DNA from: Elainellales cyanobacterium
GTDB lineage: Bacteria > Cyanobacteriota > Cyanobacteriia > Elainellales > Elainellaceae
DNA length: 64,000 nt
Assembly: GCA_041746655.1 (NCBI GenBank)
Contig: JBGTGR010000003.1
Coordinates: forward strand, 36,275 to 100,274
Direction: 5' to 3'
A program made the position numbers and the translations under genes. The notes beneath the pieces are model-generated. The model was not told where the DNA came from. It worked only from the letters and a program-made list of their open reading frames with translations, and did no database searches. Within the stretch, counting starts at the first letter, position 1. Every line of letters begins with the position of its first letter. Below are positions 16,574 through 26,220 of this stretch, piece by piece.

Positions 16574-18649
16574 CTAATCTTCTTCTTCTCCTACCTCTAA
16601 AACTCTCACTAAAAAGCCCCAGCGGTCGGCGACTTCTTCGATGACTTTGGTGGTGGGTTTGCCTGCTCCATGTCCGGCTTTAGTTTCGATGCGGATCAGA
16701 ACGGGGGGGGTTCCGGTGTGGGCGGTTTGGAGGGCGGCGGCAAATTTGAAGCTGTGGGCGGGGACGACGCGATCGTCGTGGTCGGCGGTGGTGACGAGGG
16801 TGGCGGGGTAGGTGATGTTGGGTTTGAGGTTGTGGAGGGGGGAGTAGGCGTGGAGGGCTTTGAATTCGTCAGGGTTTTCGGGGGAGCCGTAGTCTGAGCA
16901 CCAGGCCCAGCCAATGGTGAATTTGTGGAAGCGCAGCATGTCGAGGACGCCGACGGCGGGCAGGGTGGCGGCGAAGAGGTCGGGGCGTTGGGTCATGCAG
17001 GCTCCGACGAGGAGGCCACCGTTGCTGCCACCGCCGATCGCCAGCTTTTTGGGGGAGGTGTATTGATGCTCGATTAGCCATTCGGCGGCGGTGATGAAGT
17101 CGTCGAAGACGTTTTGTTTGTTGAGTTTGGTGCCTGCCTGGTGCCAGTCTTCGCCATATTCGCCGCCACCGCGCAGGTTGGGAACGGCAAAGATGCCGCC
17201 CATTTCCATCCAGACTAGGTTGCTAGGTGAGAAGAAGGGCGTGAGTGATATGTTGAAGCCGCCGTAGCCGTAGAGATAGGTGGGGTTGTTGCCGTCGAGG
17301 GTCAGCCCTTGTTTGTGGCTGATGAACATGGGGACGCGGGTGCCGTCTTTGCTGGTGTAGAAGACCTGCTGGGTTTGGTAATCTTCGGGGTTGAAGGCGA
17401 CGGTGGGCTGTCGGAAGAGAGTGCTTTCACCGCTGACCAGGTCGTAACGGTAGATGGTGTTGGGGGTGGTGAAGCTGGTAAAGCTGTAGAAGGTTTCTGT
17501 ATCTGCTTTTTTGCCGCCAAATCCACCTGCGGAGCCGAGTCCGGGTAGCTCGACCTGCCGCACAAAGTTGCCTTGCAGGTCAAAAATTTTGATTTCGGTA
17601 TGGGCATCTTTTAGGTAAGCGGCGACAAACTGCTGGTTGAGGGTGCCGACGTTTTCTAAGGTTTCTTCGGCTTGGGGAATAATTTCTTGCCAGTTTTTGC
17701 GTTCGGGTGCGGCTAGATCGATGGCAATGAGGCGACCACGCGGTGCGTCTAGGTCAGTTTGAAACCAGAAAACAGAGCCTTCGTTGTCTACGAGTTCAAA
17801 TCGAGCTTCAAATTCGCTGATCAACTCTACGATGGGCGCGTCAGGGGTGGACAGGTCTTTCCAAAAGAATAGGTTTTTGGGCTCTGAGCCGCGACTGACG
17901 TAGATGATGAGATAGCGTCCGTCTTCGGTGACGTCGGCGTTAAACATCCATTCTTTTTGGTCGGGGCGATCGTAGACCAAAACGTCTTCGGTTTGGGGCG
18001 TGCCGAGGCGGTGATAGTAGAGCTTTTGGAAATAGTTGATGTCTTCTAATTTGGTGTCTTCATTGGGCTGGTCGTAGCGCGAGTAGAAGAAGCCTTGATG
18101 GTCGTGAGTCCAGGCGGCACCAGAAAATTTTACCCACTGGAGATGATCGGGCAGGTCTTCGCCAGTTTCAATGTCGCGGACTTTCCACTCTTTCCAGTCT
18201 GAGCCGGAACTGGAAAGGCCATAAGCTAGTAGTTTGGCGTCTTCACTGACGGCCATGCCCGACAGCGCCACGGTGCCATCTTCGGAGAGGGTGTTGGGAT
18301 CGATTAGGACGCGAGGCTCTGCATCCAGGTGAGGGAGGGTGTAGAGAACGCTCTGGTTTTGCAGGCCGTCGTTTTTGAAGTAGAAGTAGCGATCGCCCTG
18401 CTTAAACGGCACTCCAAATTTTTCGTAGTTCCAAAGCTCTGTCGCCCGCTGTCGAATCGTTTCCCGCTCTGGAATATCGTTGAGATAGCCAAATGTCACC
18501 TGATTTTGCGCTTCAATCCAGGCTCGACTCTCGTCAGAGTCTGGATCTTCCAACCACCGATAAGGGTCCGCAATCTTGACGCCATGATAGTCATCGACCT
18601 GATCACCTTGATGACTGGCTGGATAGACAAGTGACTTCTCAATAGACAT
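16574..18649 (-). CDS. Prolyl oligopeptidase (S9A serine peptidase)
   Basis: N-terminus DDYHGVKIADPYRWLED, nucleophile elbow GGSNGGLL and C-terminal catalytic region AGHGAGKP. Start taken at the ATG at 18649 (MSIEKSLVYP). Confidence 0.9.
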   Translation of the reverse strand: MSIEKSLVYPASHQGDQVDDYHGVKIADPYRWLEDPDSDESRAWIEAQNQVTFGYLNDIPERETIRQRATELWNYEKFGVPFKQGDRYFYFKNDGLQNQSVLYTLPHLDAEPRVLIDPNTLSEDGTVALSGMAVSEDAKLLAYGLSSSGSDWKEWKVRDIETGEDLPDHLQWVKFSGAAWTHDHQGFFYSRYDQPNEDTKLEDINYFQKLYYHRLGTPQTEDVLVYDRPDQKEWMFNADVTEDGRYLIIYVSRGSEPKNLFFWKDLSTPDAPIVELISEFEARFELVDNEGSVFWFQTDLDAPRGRLIAIDLAAPERKNWQEIIPQAEETLENVGTLNQQFVAAYLKDAHTEIKIFDLQGNFVRQVELPGLGSAGGFGGKKADTETFYSFTSFTTPNTIYRYDLVSGESTLFRQPTVAFNPEDYQTQQVFYTSKDGTRVPMFISHKQGLTLDGNNPTYLYGYGGFNISLTPFFSPSNLVWMEMGGIFAVPNLRGGGEYGEDWHQAGTKLNKQNVFDDFITAAEWLIEHQYTSPKKLAIGGGSNGGLLVGACMTQRPDLFAATLPAVGVLDMLRFHKFTIGWAWCSDYGSPENPDEFKALHAYSPLHNLKPNITYPATLVTTADHDDRVVPAHSFKFAAALQTAHTGTPPVLIRIETKAGHGAGKPTTKVIEEVADRWGFLVRVLEVGEEED

Positions 18650-18798
18650 AGCACCGCATCTTAAACAAACACCTTCCAATGTATCTCGTTCGCTGAATGA
18701 GATGAGAATCAGGAGTCTGTTTCTTCTGATAGAGCAAAGCTCAAGCGGCTTTTCTCTATCCTTGGATTGAGCATTTCAATCAAGGCATAGAAATCATC

Positions 18799-19581
18799 AT
18801 GAAAGAACAAAGCCTCAAAGGAGAAGTTGCCGTTGTCACTGGCTCTGACTCTGGTATTGGGCAAGCGACTGCGATCGCATTTGCTAGAGAGGGAGCTGAT
18901 GTGGCGATCACCTATCTTGACGATCGCGATGGGGCCGATCACACCCGTAGGTTAGTTGAGGAAGTAGGACGAAAGGCGGTGGTGGTGCCGTTGGATCAGA
19001 CCCATCCGGATCAAATCGATCGCCTATTTCAGGAAACACAGCAACAGTTAGGCACCCCCACTATTTTGGTGAATAATGCCGGGATAGACTCAGCAGGTAT
19101 TCCGGTGAAAGATATGTCCTATGAACGCTTTGACAAGGCATTGAAGACCAATCTCTACGGACCGTTTCTCTGCTGTCAACACTTTATCCGGGGGTTGGAG
19201 GGCAAAGACAAGCGGGGTGTCATCATCAATATCACCAGCGTCCATCAAGAAATTCCTAGGGCAGGGGCTGCTGACTATGACATTGCAAAAGGTGGTCTGC
19301 GCAACCTGACTCGGACCTTGGCGTTAGAGGTCGCAGAAAAGGGGATTAACGTCAACAACATTGCACCGGGCATGGTGTTAACTCCTTTTAATGAATCTGC
19401 CAAAGATGATCCAGAAGTCTGGGAAAAGCAAGTACAGTCTATTCCTATGAAGCGGGCGGCTGAACCTCAAGAAATTGCCCATGCTGCTGTATTTCTTGCA
19501 TCTAGTGATGCCAAGTATATTCACGGCACTACGCTGGTTGTAGATGGTGGATTGATGCAATTTATGGGACAGGGAGCCTAA
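18799..19581 (+). CDS. Short-chain dehydrogenase/reductase (glucose 1-dehydrogenase-like)
   Basis: Cofactor motif VTGSDSGIGQA, NNAG and catalytic YDIAKGG (YxxxK). Confidence 0.85.
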   Translation: MKEQSLKGEVAVVTGSDSGIGQATAIAFAREGADVAITYLDDRDGADHTRRLVEEVGRKAVVVPLDQTHPDQIDRLFQETQQQLGTPTILVNNAGIDSAGIPVKDMSYERFDKALKTNLYGPFLCCQHFIRGLEGKDKRGVIINITSVHQEIPRAGAADYDIAKGGLRNLTRTLALEVAEKGINVNNIAPGMVLTPFNESAKDDPEVWEKQVQSIPMKRAAEPQEIAHAAVFLASSDAKYIHGTTLVVDGGLMQFMGQGA

Positions 19582-21311
19582 TGGGCGATCGCAGCTTTCC
19601 GGCCATTCGAGATTTAGCAATCATTGGCGATCGCCGTACGACTGCCTTGGTGACAAACACAGGTGCAATCGTTTGGTACTGTCCAAAACGCTTCGATTAT
19701 CCTTCCCTTTTTGCTGCGTTGCTTGATCTAGATCGGGGTGGTAGTTGGACGGTTCAAATTCCTGATGCCACTTGCGCTAGACGAAGTTATCTAGAAGATA
19801 GCGGAGTTCTAGAAACGACCCTCGTCACTCCGGCAGGCGAATTACAAGTGACAGATTGGATGCCGATGGGAGACCATACTCCTGGCGGAATTTGTCGCCA
19901 ATTTTCAGCAGCTCCCACTGACATCACGATTACATTACAGCCTGCCCCAGACTATGCGCGGCGATCGCCCCACTTCCAGTACAAAGAACAGGCCATCCAA
20001 ATCGATGAGCAACATTACTTGTATGCATCCCATCCCCTCACTCTGAAAGGAAAACAAATTGACTGCATAATCCCCCAAGGAGAAACTGGATGGAATCTTT
20101 TAGTTGATGCACCGCTGACCATTCCCATTGAAAACCAGCTCAAGCTCTGGCTGGAAGAGACTTTGCAGTGCTGGCGACAAATTACCACCCACGCGACCTA
20201 TCATGGGCCTTATGAGCGAGAAGTTGCTGCTTCAATTCGGGCACTGCGCTTACTCACCTTTGAGGATAACGGTGGCATTATCGCGGCACCCACAACATCT
20301 TTGCCCGAAGTGATCGGGGGGCAACGAAATTATGACTATCGCTATGTTTGGCTACGAGATGCAGGCATGATTGTCAGTGTGCTCACCCGTGCAGGGAGCG
20401 ATGGCACAGAAGCACGACGCTTTTTGGACTTCATCTGCGGCTATGATCGCGATTCTGGTAATCAGCCCCTCATGCCTTTTTCCACGCTTGATGGCGAAAC
20501 GGCGCTCTCTGAAGAATCCCTAGATTTGATGGGCTACTGTCACAGTAAACCTGTGATGATTGGCAATGCCGCTAAGGACCAACTACAGCTTGATGCTTAT
20601 GGCAATGTGTTGTTAGCTGCTAAGTTAATCTACAATCGCTTTGACACGCGCGAACACTGGTCACTCATTACTGAGATTGCCGACTTTCTAGTAGATCATT
20701 GGCACGATCCTGACTACGGCATTTGGGAAGAACGAGACAAACAGCAATACACTTCCAGCAAAGTTATTGCTGCCTGTGGTCTAAAATTCATTGCGGATGT
20801 TGCCCAAACTGCCGACCAAGCCCATCGTTGGCGAGCCGCAGAACAATCTATCCGCCAGTTTATTGCTCAGCACTGCCTCACCTCAGAAGGAGCCTATGCG
20901 GTGATCGCAGGTAGTGAGGCTGTTGATGTGACTGCTGCGCTGTTTCCGGTGTGGGCGTACACTGAGCCTGATACACCTGAAATGATTACAACAATGCAGG
21001 TGTTAGAACGCGATTATGCTACCGGATATCTTTATCGTCGCCATCTGCAAGACTTTGATTCTCAAATGGAAGGCGCTTTTCTGGCAGGAACTTTTTGGGT
21101 TGCCCAGTATTGGATTATGCGGCGAGACTTGCAGCGAGCCCGATCGATCATTGATGCAGCACTAGAGTTTGCGAATGACTTGGGGCTATTTGCTGAGGAA
21201 GCTGATCCAGAAACCAAACAAATGTTAGGAAACTTCCCCCAAACCTTTGTTCACGCCGCGTTCATTGGAGCAGTCATTGACCTTAAAACAGCATTAGAGC
21301 AAGAAGAATGA
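19581..21311 (+). CDS. Glycoside hydrolase family 15 protein (glucoamylase/trehalase-like)
   Basis: RNYDYRYVWLRDAG and WEER motifs. Its ATG overlaps the SDR stop (TAATG). Confidence 0.8.
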   Translation: MGDRSFPAIRDLAIIGDRRTTALVTNTGAIVWYCPKRFDYPSLFAALLDLDRGGSWTVQIPDATCARRSYLEDSGVLETTLVTPAGELQVTDWMPMGDHTPGGICRQFSAAPTDITITLQPAPDYARRSPHFQYKEQAIQIDEQHYLYASHPLTLKGKQIDCIIPQGETGWNLLVDAPLTIPIENQLKLWLEETLQCWRQITTHATYHGPYEREVAASIRALRLLTFEDNGGIIAAPTTSLPEVIGGQRNYDYRYVWLRDAGMIVSVLTRAGSDGTEARRFLDFICGYDRDSGNQPLMPFSTLDGETALSEESLDLMGYCHSKPVMIGNAAKDQLQLDAYGNVLLAAKLIYNRFDTREHWSLITEIADFLVDHWHDPDYGIWEERDKQQYTSSKVIAACGLKFIADVAQTADQAHRWRAAEQSIRQFIAQHCLTSEGAYAVIAGSEAVDVTAALFPVWAYTEPDTPEMITTMQVLERDYATGYLYRRHLQDFDSQMEGAFLAGTFWVAQYWIMRRDLQRARSIIDAALEFANDLGLFAEEADPETKQMLGNFPQTFVHAAFIGAVIDLKTALEQEE

Positions 21312-21403
21312 CCATTTCACAATTGAATACACAAAATGAATTAGGGGTTTACATCATCTTTGGCCTCCTGGTACTTATGCTGCCTGTGATTCGTCCGCCA
21401 ATA

Positions 21404-23203
21404 TTAAAAGGCGGAGGAATTAGAAATCGGTTGGGGACGAGGTGCTGAGCTGCTGCTGGCGATCCATTTTTTGGCGATCGCCATCCGCCAGCCTGTACCA
21501 AAGGCGCGATCGGTAATTTTGAGGCCGGGGGGCGCTTGTTTGCGTTTAAATTCGGCTCTAGCGACGAGACGGACGACGCGATCAACAATTGCAGGATCAT
21601 GACCTGCGGCAGCGATGTCAGCAGGAGCTTGATGTTGCAGGATGAGGCGATCGAGAATGTCGTCGAGGATGTCGTAGGAGGGCAGGGAGTCTTGATCGCG
21701 CTGGTCGGGTTTGAGTTCGGCGCTGGGAGGTTTCTCTAGAATATTGGGGGGGATGACGAAGGCTGAAGTGGGCCGCAGCATAGCTGATGGATCGAGGCTG
21801 TTGTTGGTGCAGCCTGCGGAGGTCATGGTTGCGTTGAGCCAGTGGCAGAGGGAGTAAACGCGGGTTTTGGGAACGTCGGCGATCGCAGCCAGTCCCCCAT
21901 TCATATCGCCGTAGAGGGTGCAGTAACCGACGGCCATTTCTGACTTGTTTCCGGTTGAGATCAAGAGATGGCCAAACTTATTGGATACAGCCATGAGCAA
22001 GTTGCCCCGGATGCGCGACTGGATATTTTCTTCGGCAATACCAAATTCGGTTCCGGCAAACAGCTCGGCAAAGGTTTCGTCATAGCTCTGCATCAGTTTA
22101 CCGATGGGTAAGGTGTGGGTTGCAATGCCCAAACTTTTGGCAAGTTCTAATGCATCGGTGACAGAATGGTCGGAGCTGTAGGGAGACGGCATCAGTATGC
22201 CCAGGACGTTTGCTGAGCCGAGGGCAGCGGTGGCGATCGCCCCCACCAGAGCAGAGTCAATGCCGCCGCTCAGGCCAATTACCACCTTAGAAAAGCCACA
22301 CTTTCGGGTATAGTCTCGCACGCCCGTCACCAGCGCCGACCAGATTTCGGCATCTGCACTGTCGGGTTGCGGGGCGATCGCTCCTGCCAGCAATTCACCT
22401 TGCGCCAGATCAAACTCGACCCGCAGCAAATCGGGGGCAAAGGCGCGAGCCCGACAGATCAAGTCTCCCCGACTATTGAAGCCGACGCTGCTGCCGTCAA
22501 AAATCAGATCATCGTTGCCGCCGACTTGATTGGCGTAGAGAATCGGCTGCTGATAGCGCACCGCCGCATGACGCAGCATGTCTTCCCGAATTTTTTGCTT
22601 GCCGAGGCTGTAGGGTGAAGCTGACAAGTTTACGACCAGATCAACGTCCTGATTGGCCAGATCCGCGATCGGGTTGACGGTATAGCTGCGCTTGCCCCAA
22701 AAAGCTTCATCGTTCCAGAGGTCTTCGCAGATGGTGACACCGACCTTGAGGGGAGGCTCATTTCCATCCAGCGCTGCTAGCTGAAAAGAATTGCTCTGGA
22801 GTCCGGGTTCAAAGTAACGATCTTCATCGAACACGTCATAGGAGGGTAGCAGTCGCTTGTGAAAAATCTGCTGAACCGCACCCCCATCTAGGAGGGCAAT
22901 GCTATTGAAGAGAGGATTGCCGCCGTCTTCGTGCGATCGCACATTGGGTTCTACTATCCCCACCAACACCGCAATCTGGGGCGGCAAGTCTTTTGCTAAC
23001 TGCGTCACAGTATCGGCGATCGCCCGCACAAAGCTGGGTTGCAGCAACAAATCTCGCGGCGGATAGCCACAGAGGGAAAGTTCGGGCGTCAGCAACAGTC
23101 GAACTCCCTGCTCAGCAGCAGTCTGAGCCGCTTGAAGGATTTGCTGGGCGTTGCCAGCTAGATCTCCAATGGTGGGATTGAGTTGGGCGATCGCAAGTTT
23201 CAT
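21404..23203 (-). CDS. nadE: Glutamine-dependent NAD+ synthetase (CN-hydrolase domain + NAD synthetase domain)
   Basis: N-terminal nitrilase-like domain (MKLAIAQLNPTIGD...TICEDLW) and the PP-loop GLSGGIDSA. Confidence 0.9.
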   Translation of the reverse strand: MKLAIAQLNPTIGDLAGNAQQILQAAQTAAEQGVRLLLTPELSLCGYPPRDLLLQPSFVRAIADTVTQLAKDLPPQIAVLVGIVEPNVRSHEDGGNPLFNSIALLDGGAVQQIFHKRLLPSYDVFDEDRYFEPGLQSNSFQLAALDGNEPPLKVGVTICEDLWNDEAFWGKRSYTVNPIADLANQDVDLVVNLSASPYSLGKQKIREDMLRHAAVRYQQPILYANQVGGNDDLIFDGSSVGFNSRGDLICRARAFAPDLLRVEFDLAQGELLAGAIAPQPDSADAEIWSALVTGVRDYTRKCGFSKVVIGLSGGIDSALVGAIATAALGSANVLGILMPSPYSSDHSVTDALELAKSLGIATHTLPIGKLMQSYDETFAELFAGTEFGIAEENIQSRIRGNLLMAVSNKFGHLLISTGNKSEMAVGYCTLYGDMNGGLAAIADVPKTRVYSLCHWLNATMTSAGCTNNSLDPSAMLRPTSAFVIPPNILEKPPSAELKPDQRDQDSLPSYDILDDILDRLILQHQAPADIAAAGHDPAIVDRVVRLVARAEFKRKQAPPGLKITDRAFGTGWRMAIAKKWIASSSSAPRPQPISNSSAF

Positions 23204-23205
23204 AT

Positions 23206-23952
23206 CTAGATAAAAACTAGAGGCTTGTCTTTGAGGGGGGCGAAGGCGTCGGCGTCGAAGCGGTAGAGACTGGCGGGGCGTCCGGCTCCGCGTGAGGTTT
23301 TGAGGCCTGTATCGGAGAGGAAACCGAGCTTGAGTAGGCGGGCGCGGAAGTTGGAATAGTCGGAAAAGTTTTCGCCCAAGACGGTGGTATAGAGCTGATA
23401 TAGATCGCTGAGGGTAAAGGTTTCGGGCAGGACTTCAAAGGCGATCGGGCTATATTCCAACTTGTTTCTGAGGCGGCGATAGCCATATTCCAGCAGTTGG
23501 TTGTGGTCGAAGGCGAGTTGGGGAACCTGATCCATCGGATACCAGGCAATGCCGCTGACACCGTCGGCAATCAGCTCAGCTTCGGCAAAGCGCACCAGGG
23601 CAAAATAGCTAACCGAGAGATAGCGCACCCCGTAGCTATGTTTGTCTTCCCTGGGGTCGCGTCCGGGGCCGCCGAAGGTATAAAGCTGCTCTAGATAGAG
23701 GTTTTCGACCCGAATCTTTTCGGCTAACACTCGATAGGCGGCATCTTCTAAGGATTCGCCTTTCTGGACTAGTGTGCCGGGTAGACTCCACTGCCCCAGA
23801 AAGGGATCGTCCCGGCGCATGACCAGCAGCACCAGCAGACGATTTTGAACCGTATCGACTGAAAAAATCACGCTATCAACCCCGACCTTAAAATCGGCTA
23901 GGGCCTTCGAGTTTAGTGAGTCGGCAGTTTTTTTCTGGACTCGTCCTGACAT
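23206..23952 (-). CDS. nrtR: Nudix-related transcriptional regulator of NAD metabolism (NrtR-like): Nudix fold + C-terminal winged helix
   Basis: The Nudix-box region GESLEDAAYRVLAEKIRVE is degenerate at the REUxEE positions (RVLAEK). A C-terminal ~90-aa wHTH-like domain is present. The gene is embedded in the pncB-nadD-nadE operon. Confidence 0.65.
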   Translation of the reverse strand: MSGRVQKKTADSLNSKALADFKVGVDSVIFSVDTVQNRLLVLLVMRRDDPFLGQWSLPGTLVQKGESLEDAAYRVLAEKIRVENLYLEQLYTFGGPGRDPREDKHSYGVRYLSVSYFALVRFAEAELIADGVSGIAWYPMDQVPQLAFDHNQLLEYGYRRLRNKLEYSPIAFEVLPETFTLSDLYQLYTTVLGENFSDYSNFRARLLKLGFLSDTGLKTSRGAGRPASLYRFDADAFAPLKDKPLVFI

Positions 23953-24512
23953 TCGTATAGCTGCTCCCGATGGATATAGGCCTCAATGGGAGGAGTCAGC
24001 ACTTCTGGATCTCCTTCTTCACGATACGCTGTCGAGGAGACCGCTGGAACCTCTAAATCGGCGATCGCCACTTCTGCGCCCAGTTGCCGCAGGGGATCTA
24101 AGTCGGCTTCCTGCAATGTGTAGCCGGGACGAGGAATCACCAACAGCTTCACCATTTTCAGCAAATCCTCTATCCGATACCAGCTCGGCAACTGCTCGAC
24201 CAAATCAGAGCCCACTGTGAGCGTCAGGTCGGCATCGGGCCAGCGCTGACGGGCTTGCTCGACGGTGAACAGCGTGCGGGGACTGCTTAATTCTGAATGT
24301 AGCGCAATGTTGTTGCGCGGCGGGTAGATATCTGCGATCAAGAGCCGCAACATGGCCTCCCGATGTACTAACGGCGTCTGGTGAGACTTAAAAGGATTGT
24401 CGGAGGCCCAAACCACGACTTGATCGTAGCGATAGGAGAGCCAGCTAAGGATCTTTTGGTGTCCGGCAGTGGGTGGATCAGCGCTGGTGCCAAAGAGAGC
24501 AATGGAAGTCAT
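23913..24512 (-). CDS. nadD: Nicotinate-nucleotide adenylyltransferase
   Basis: IALFGTSADPPTAGHQ (the (H/T)xGH motif). Start taken at the ATG at 24512 (MTSIALFG); the track ORF extends to 24605 and overlaps pncB. Confidence 0.8.
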   Translation of the reverse strand: MTSIALFGTSADPPTAGHQKILSWLSYRYDQVVVWASDNPFKSHQTPLVHREAMLRLLIADIYPPRNNIALHSELSSPRTLFTVEQARQRWPDADLTLTVGSDLVEQLPSWYRIEDLLKMVKLLVIPRPGYTLQEADLDPLRQLGAEVAIADLEVPAVSSTAYREEGDPEVLTPPIEAYIHREQLYECQDESRKKLPTH

Positions 24513-24576
24513 AGGGGTCGGCCATAGAGAGCGATTGAGAACAAACAGAGTTGGATTCAGCGATCTTAGCCAAACC

Positions 24577-25953
24577 CTATCCTGCGGGCTGTCCAGCATA
24601 AGCACCGTGAATTCGCTGGTGGACTTGCTCAGCTAGATTTTGCAAATCATCGGAGATTTTGGGCTCAACTGCAACCGGATGCTCTAGCCAGCGTGTCGAT
24701 TCGGGCAGGCTGACGACGGAGGCACGAGTGCGACGGGCGATCGCCTCCAAAGTCTCTGGCGGCTGCAATGCTTCTCCCTGGGCCATGACGCGCTGGAGCA
24801 GCGGTTGACCTTCCACTTGGGTTTCACCGACGAGAGCGAGGCGATCGCCCCTCATTTGCCCCGCCTCAAAGTACCGAAAAATCTGTTTACGGCCTGGATA
24901 GGTGGCCTTGCGACTCGACTCTTTCATGGTGGCAATATTGTCGATCTCAACTAGCTTATAGACGCCGTTGACGGGTTCTCCAGTCACGAGTTTGGTGCCC
25001 AGTCCGTAGCCGTCGATGCTGGCTCCAGCGGCCAAAAGTTCAGCAATCTTATATTCATCTAAGTCGCCGCTGGCAAAAATTTGGGCTTCAGGGAGGAGCG
25101 ATCGCACCTGCTTTGATAGCGCTGCTAAGTCGCCCGAATCGAGCCGCACCCCAGAAACCTGGATCTGGCCAGCCTGTTGTTGCTCGGCCAACCGTCGAGC
25201 CGCATCGACCGTATCGTAGGTGTCGATCAACAGTGTCGCAGATGGGAAATAGCGATGAAAGGCCCGGAATGCCTTGTCTTCATCGCCTTCTAGGGCGGAA
25301 AGCGCCATTACGAGAGCATGGGCCATTGTTCCACTGGGTTGTTGCCCCAGCTTGACGGCAGCCAAAACGTTGGAAGTTGCGTCCAATCCTGCCGCCAGCG
25401 CTGCCCGTGCCGCCCACATCGAACCCTGGGGACTAAAGGCTCGACGAGTGCCAAACTCCAACAGCTTGGCATCTGGCCCTGCTACATCCCGCAGACGTGC
25501 CGCACGGGTCGCCACCAACGTCTGAGAGTTGATCGCGTTTAGGATGTAGGTTTCCACAAGCTGGGCTTGCCAGAGGGGAGCCTCTATCCGCAAAAACGGT
25601 TCATTGGCAAACAGAGCGGTTCCTTCGGGCACAGCCCAAACATCGCCTGTAAAGCTGGCCTCGCTAAGCAGGTCCCAAAACCGCGACGGCACATGCTCAA
25701 ACAGTCCAGTAGCCTGTAATGCTGAAATCTGGGCCGGACCAAAGCTAAATTTCTCTAAGTAGTCCAGCACTTGAGCCAAACCCATCGCGATCAGGTAGCC
25801 GTAGCCTGTGGGCAATTTTCGGACAAACAGCTCAAAGCTTGCTCGACGTTGCTCCAACCCTTCACCCACATAGCAAGCTGCCATGGTGAGTTGGTACAGG
25901 TCAGTGAGCAGGCCATATTCTTCTGGACGAATGATGAGTTCCTGATCTGGCAT
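24577..25953 (-). CDS. pncB: Nicotinate phosphoribosyltransferase
   Basis: 458 aa. N-terminal LLTDLYQLTMAACY and overall NAPRTase-like sequence. First gene of the NAD operon. Confidence 0.85.
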   Translation of the reverse strand: MPDQELIIRPEEYGLLTDLYQLTMAACYVGEGLEQRRASFELFVRKLPTGYGYLIAMGLAQVLDYLEKFSFGPAQISALQATGLFEHVPSRFWDLLSEASFTGDVWAVPEGTALFANEPFLRIEAPLWQAQLVETYILNAINSQTLVATRAARLRDVAGPDAKLLEFGTRRAFSPQGSMWAARAALAAGLDATSNVLAAVKLGQQPSGTMAHALVMALSALEGDEDKAFRAFHRYFPSATLLIDTYDTVDAARRLAEQQQAGQIQVSGVRLDSGDLAALSKQVRSLLPEAQIFASGDLDEYKIAELLAAGASIDGYGLGTKLVTGEPVNGVYKLVEIDNIATMKESSRKATYPGRKQIFRYFEAGQMRGDRLALVGETQVEGQPLLQRVMAQGEALQPPETLEAIARRTRASVVSLPESTRWLEHPVAVEPKISDDLQNLAEQVHQRIHGAYAGQPAG

Positions 25954-25989
25954 ACAGTTTCCTGGGCGGTGCTGAAGTGATCACCTTAA

Positions 25990-26010
25990 TTATAGTGAAT
26001 TTAACTAAAA
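25990..26010. promoter_or_regulatory. Candidate NrtR operator 1 (21-mer imperfect palindrome with TAGT-N7-ACTA core), 37 nt upstream of the pncB ATG
   Basis: TTATAGTGAATTTAACTAAAA read directly. 18 of 21 positions are identical to the second site at 26144-26164. Confidence 0.4.
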
Positions 26011-26143
26011 GTAGATCGAGAAGCTCTGCTCAAGCTCTACTCGTTTCTCATTGGGAAAGATCGAACTACCCAGCCCAATCATGCTTCTCTCTAGAGATGC
26101 CGAAGCCCTTCTGATGGATCGCGTCTCCTGCTCAGGGTGGGGA

Positions 26144-26164
26144 TTATATTAGATTTAACTAAAA
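26144..26164. promoter_or_regulatory. Candidate NrtR operator 2
   Basis: TTATATTAGATTTAACTAAAA read directly, in the same intergenic region about 190 nt upstream of pncB. Confidence 0.35.
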
Positions 26165-26220
26165 CTAGCGGGAGCGATCGCCTCATTCTCAACTAGCTTG
26201 GCTTCCAGATCCCGCAACTG

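Noticed and set aside
16670-17081. Gly-rich and Pro-rich ORFs (70-75 aa) inside the prolyl oligopeptidase gene
   Set aside because: They are off-frame or antisense products of a GC-rich stretch within a well-supported 690-aa S9A peptidase gene.
21349-21600. 83-aa minus-strand ORF overlapping the nadE 3' end
   Set aside because: It is an alternative frame of the nadE C-terminal region. The nadE frame is continuous and conserved up to GTGWRMAIA.
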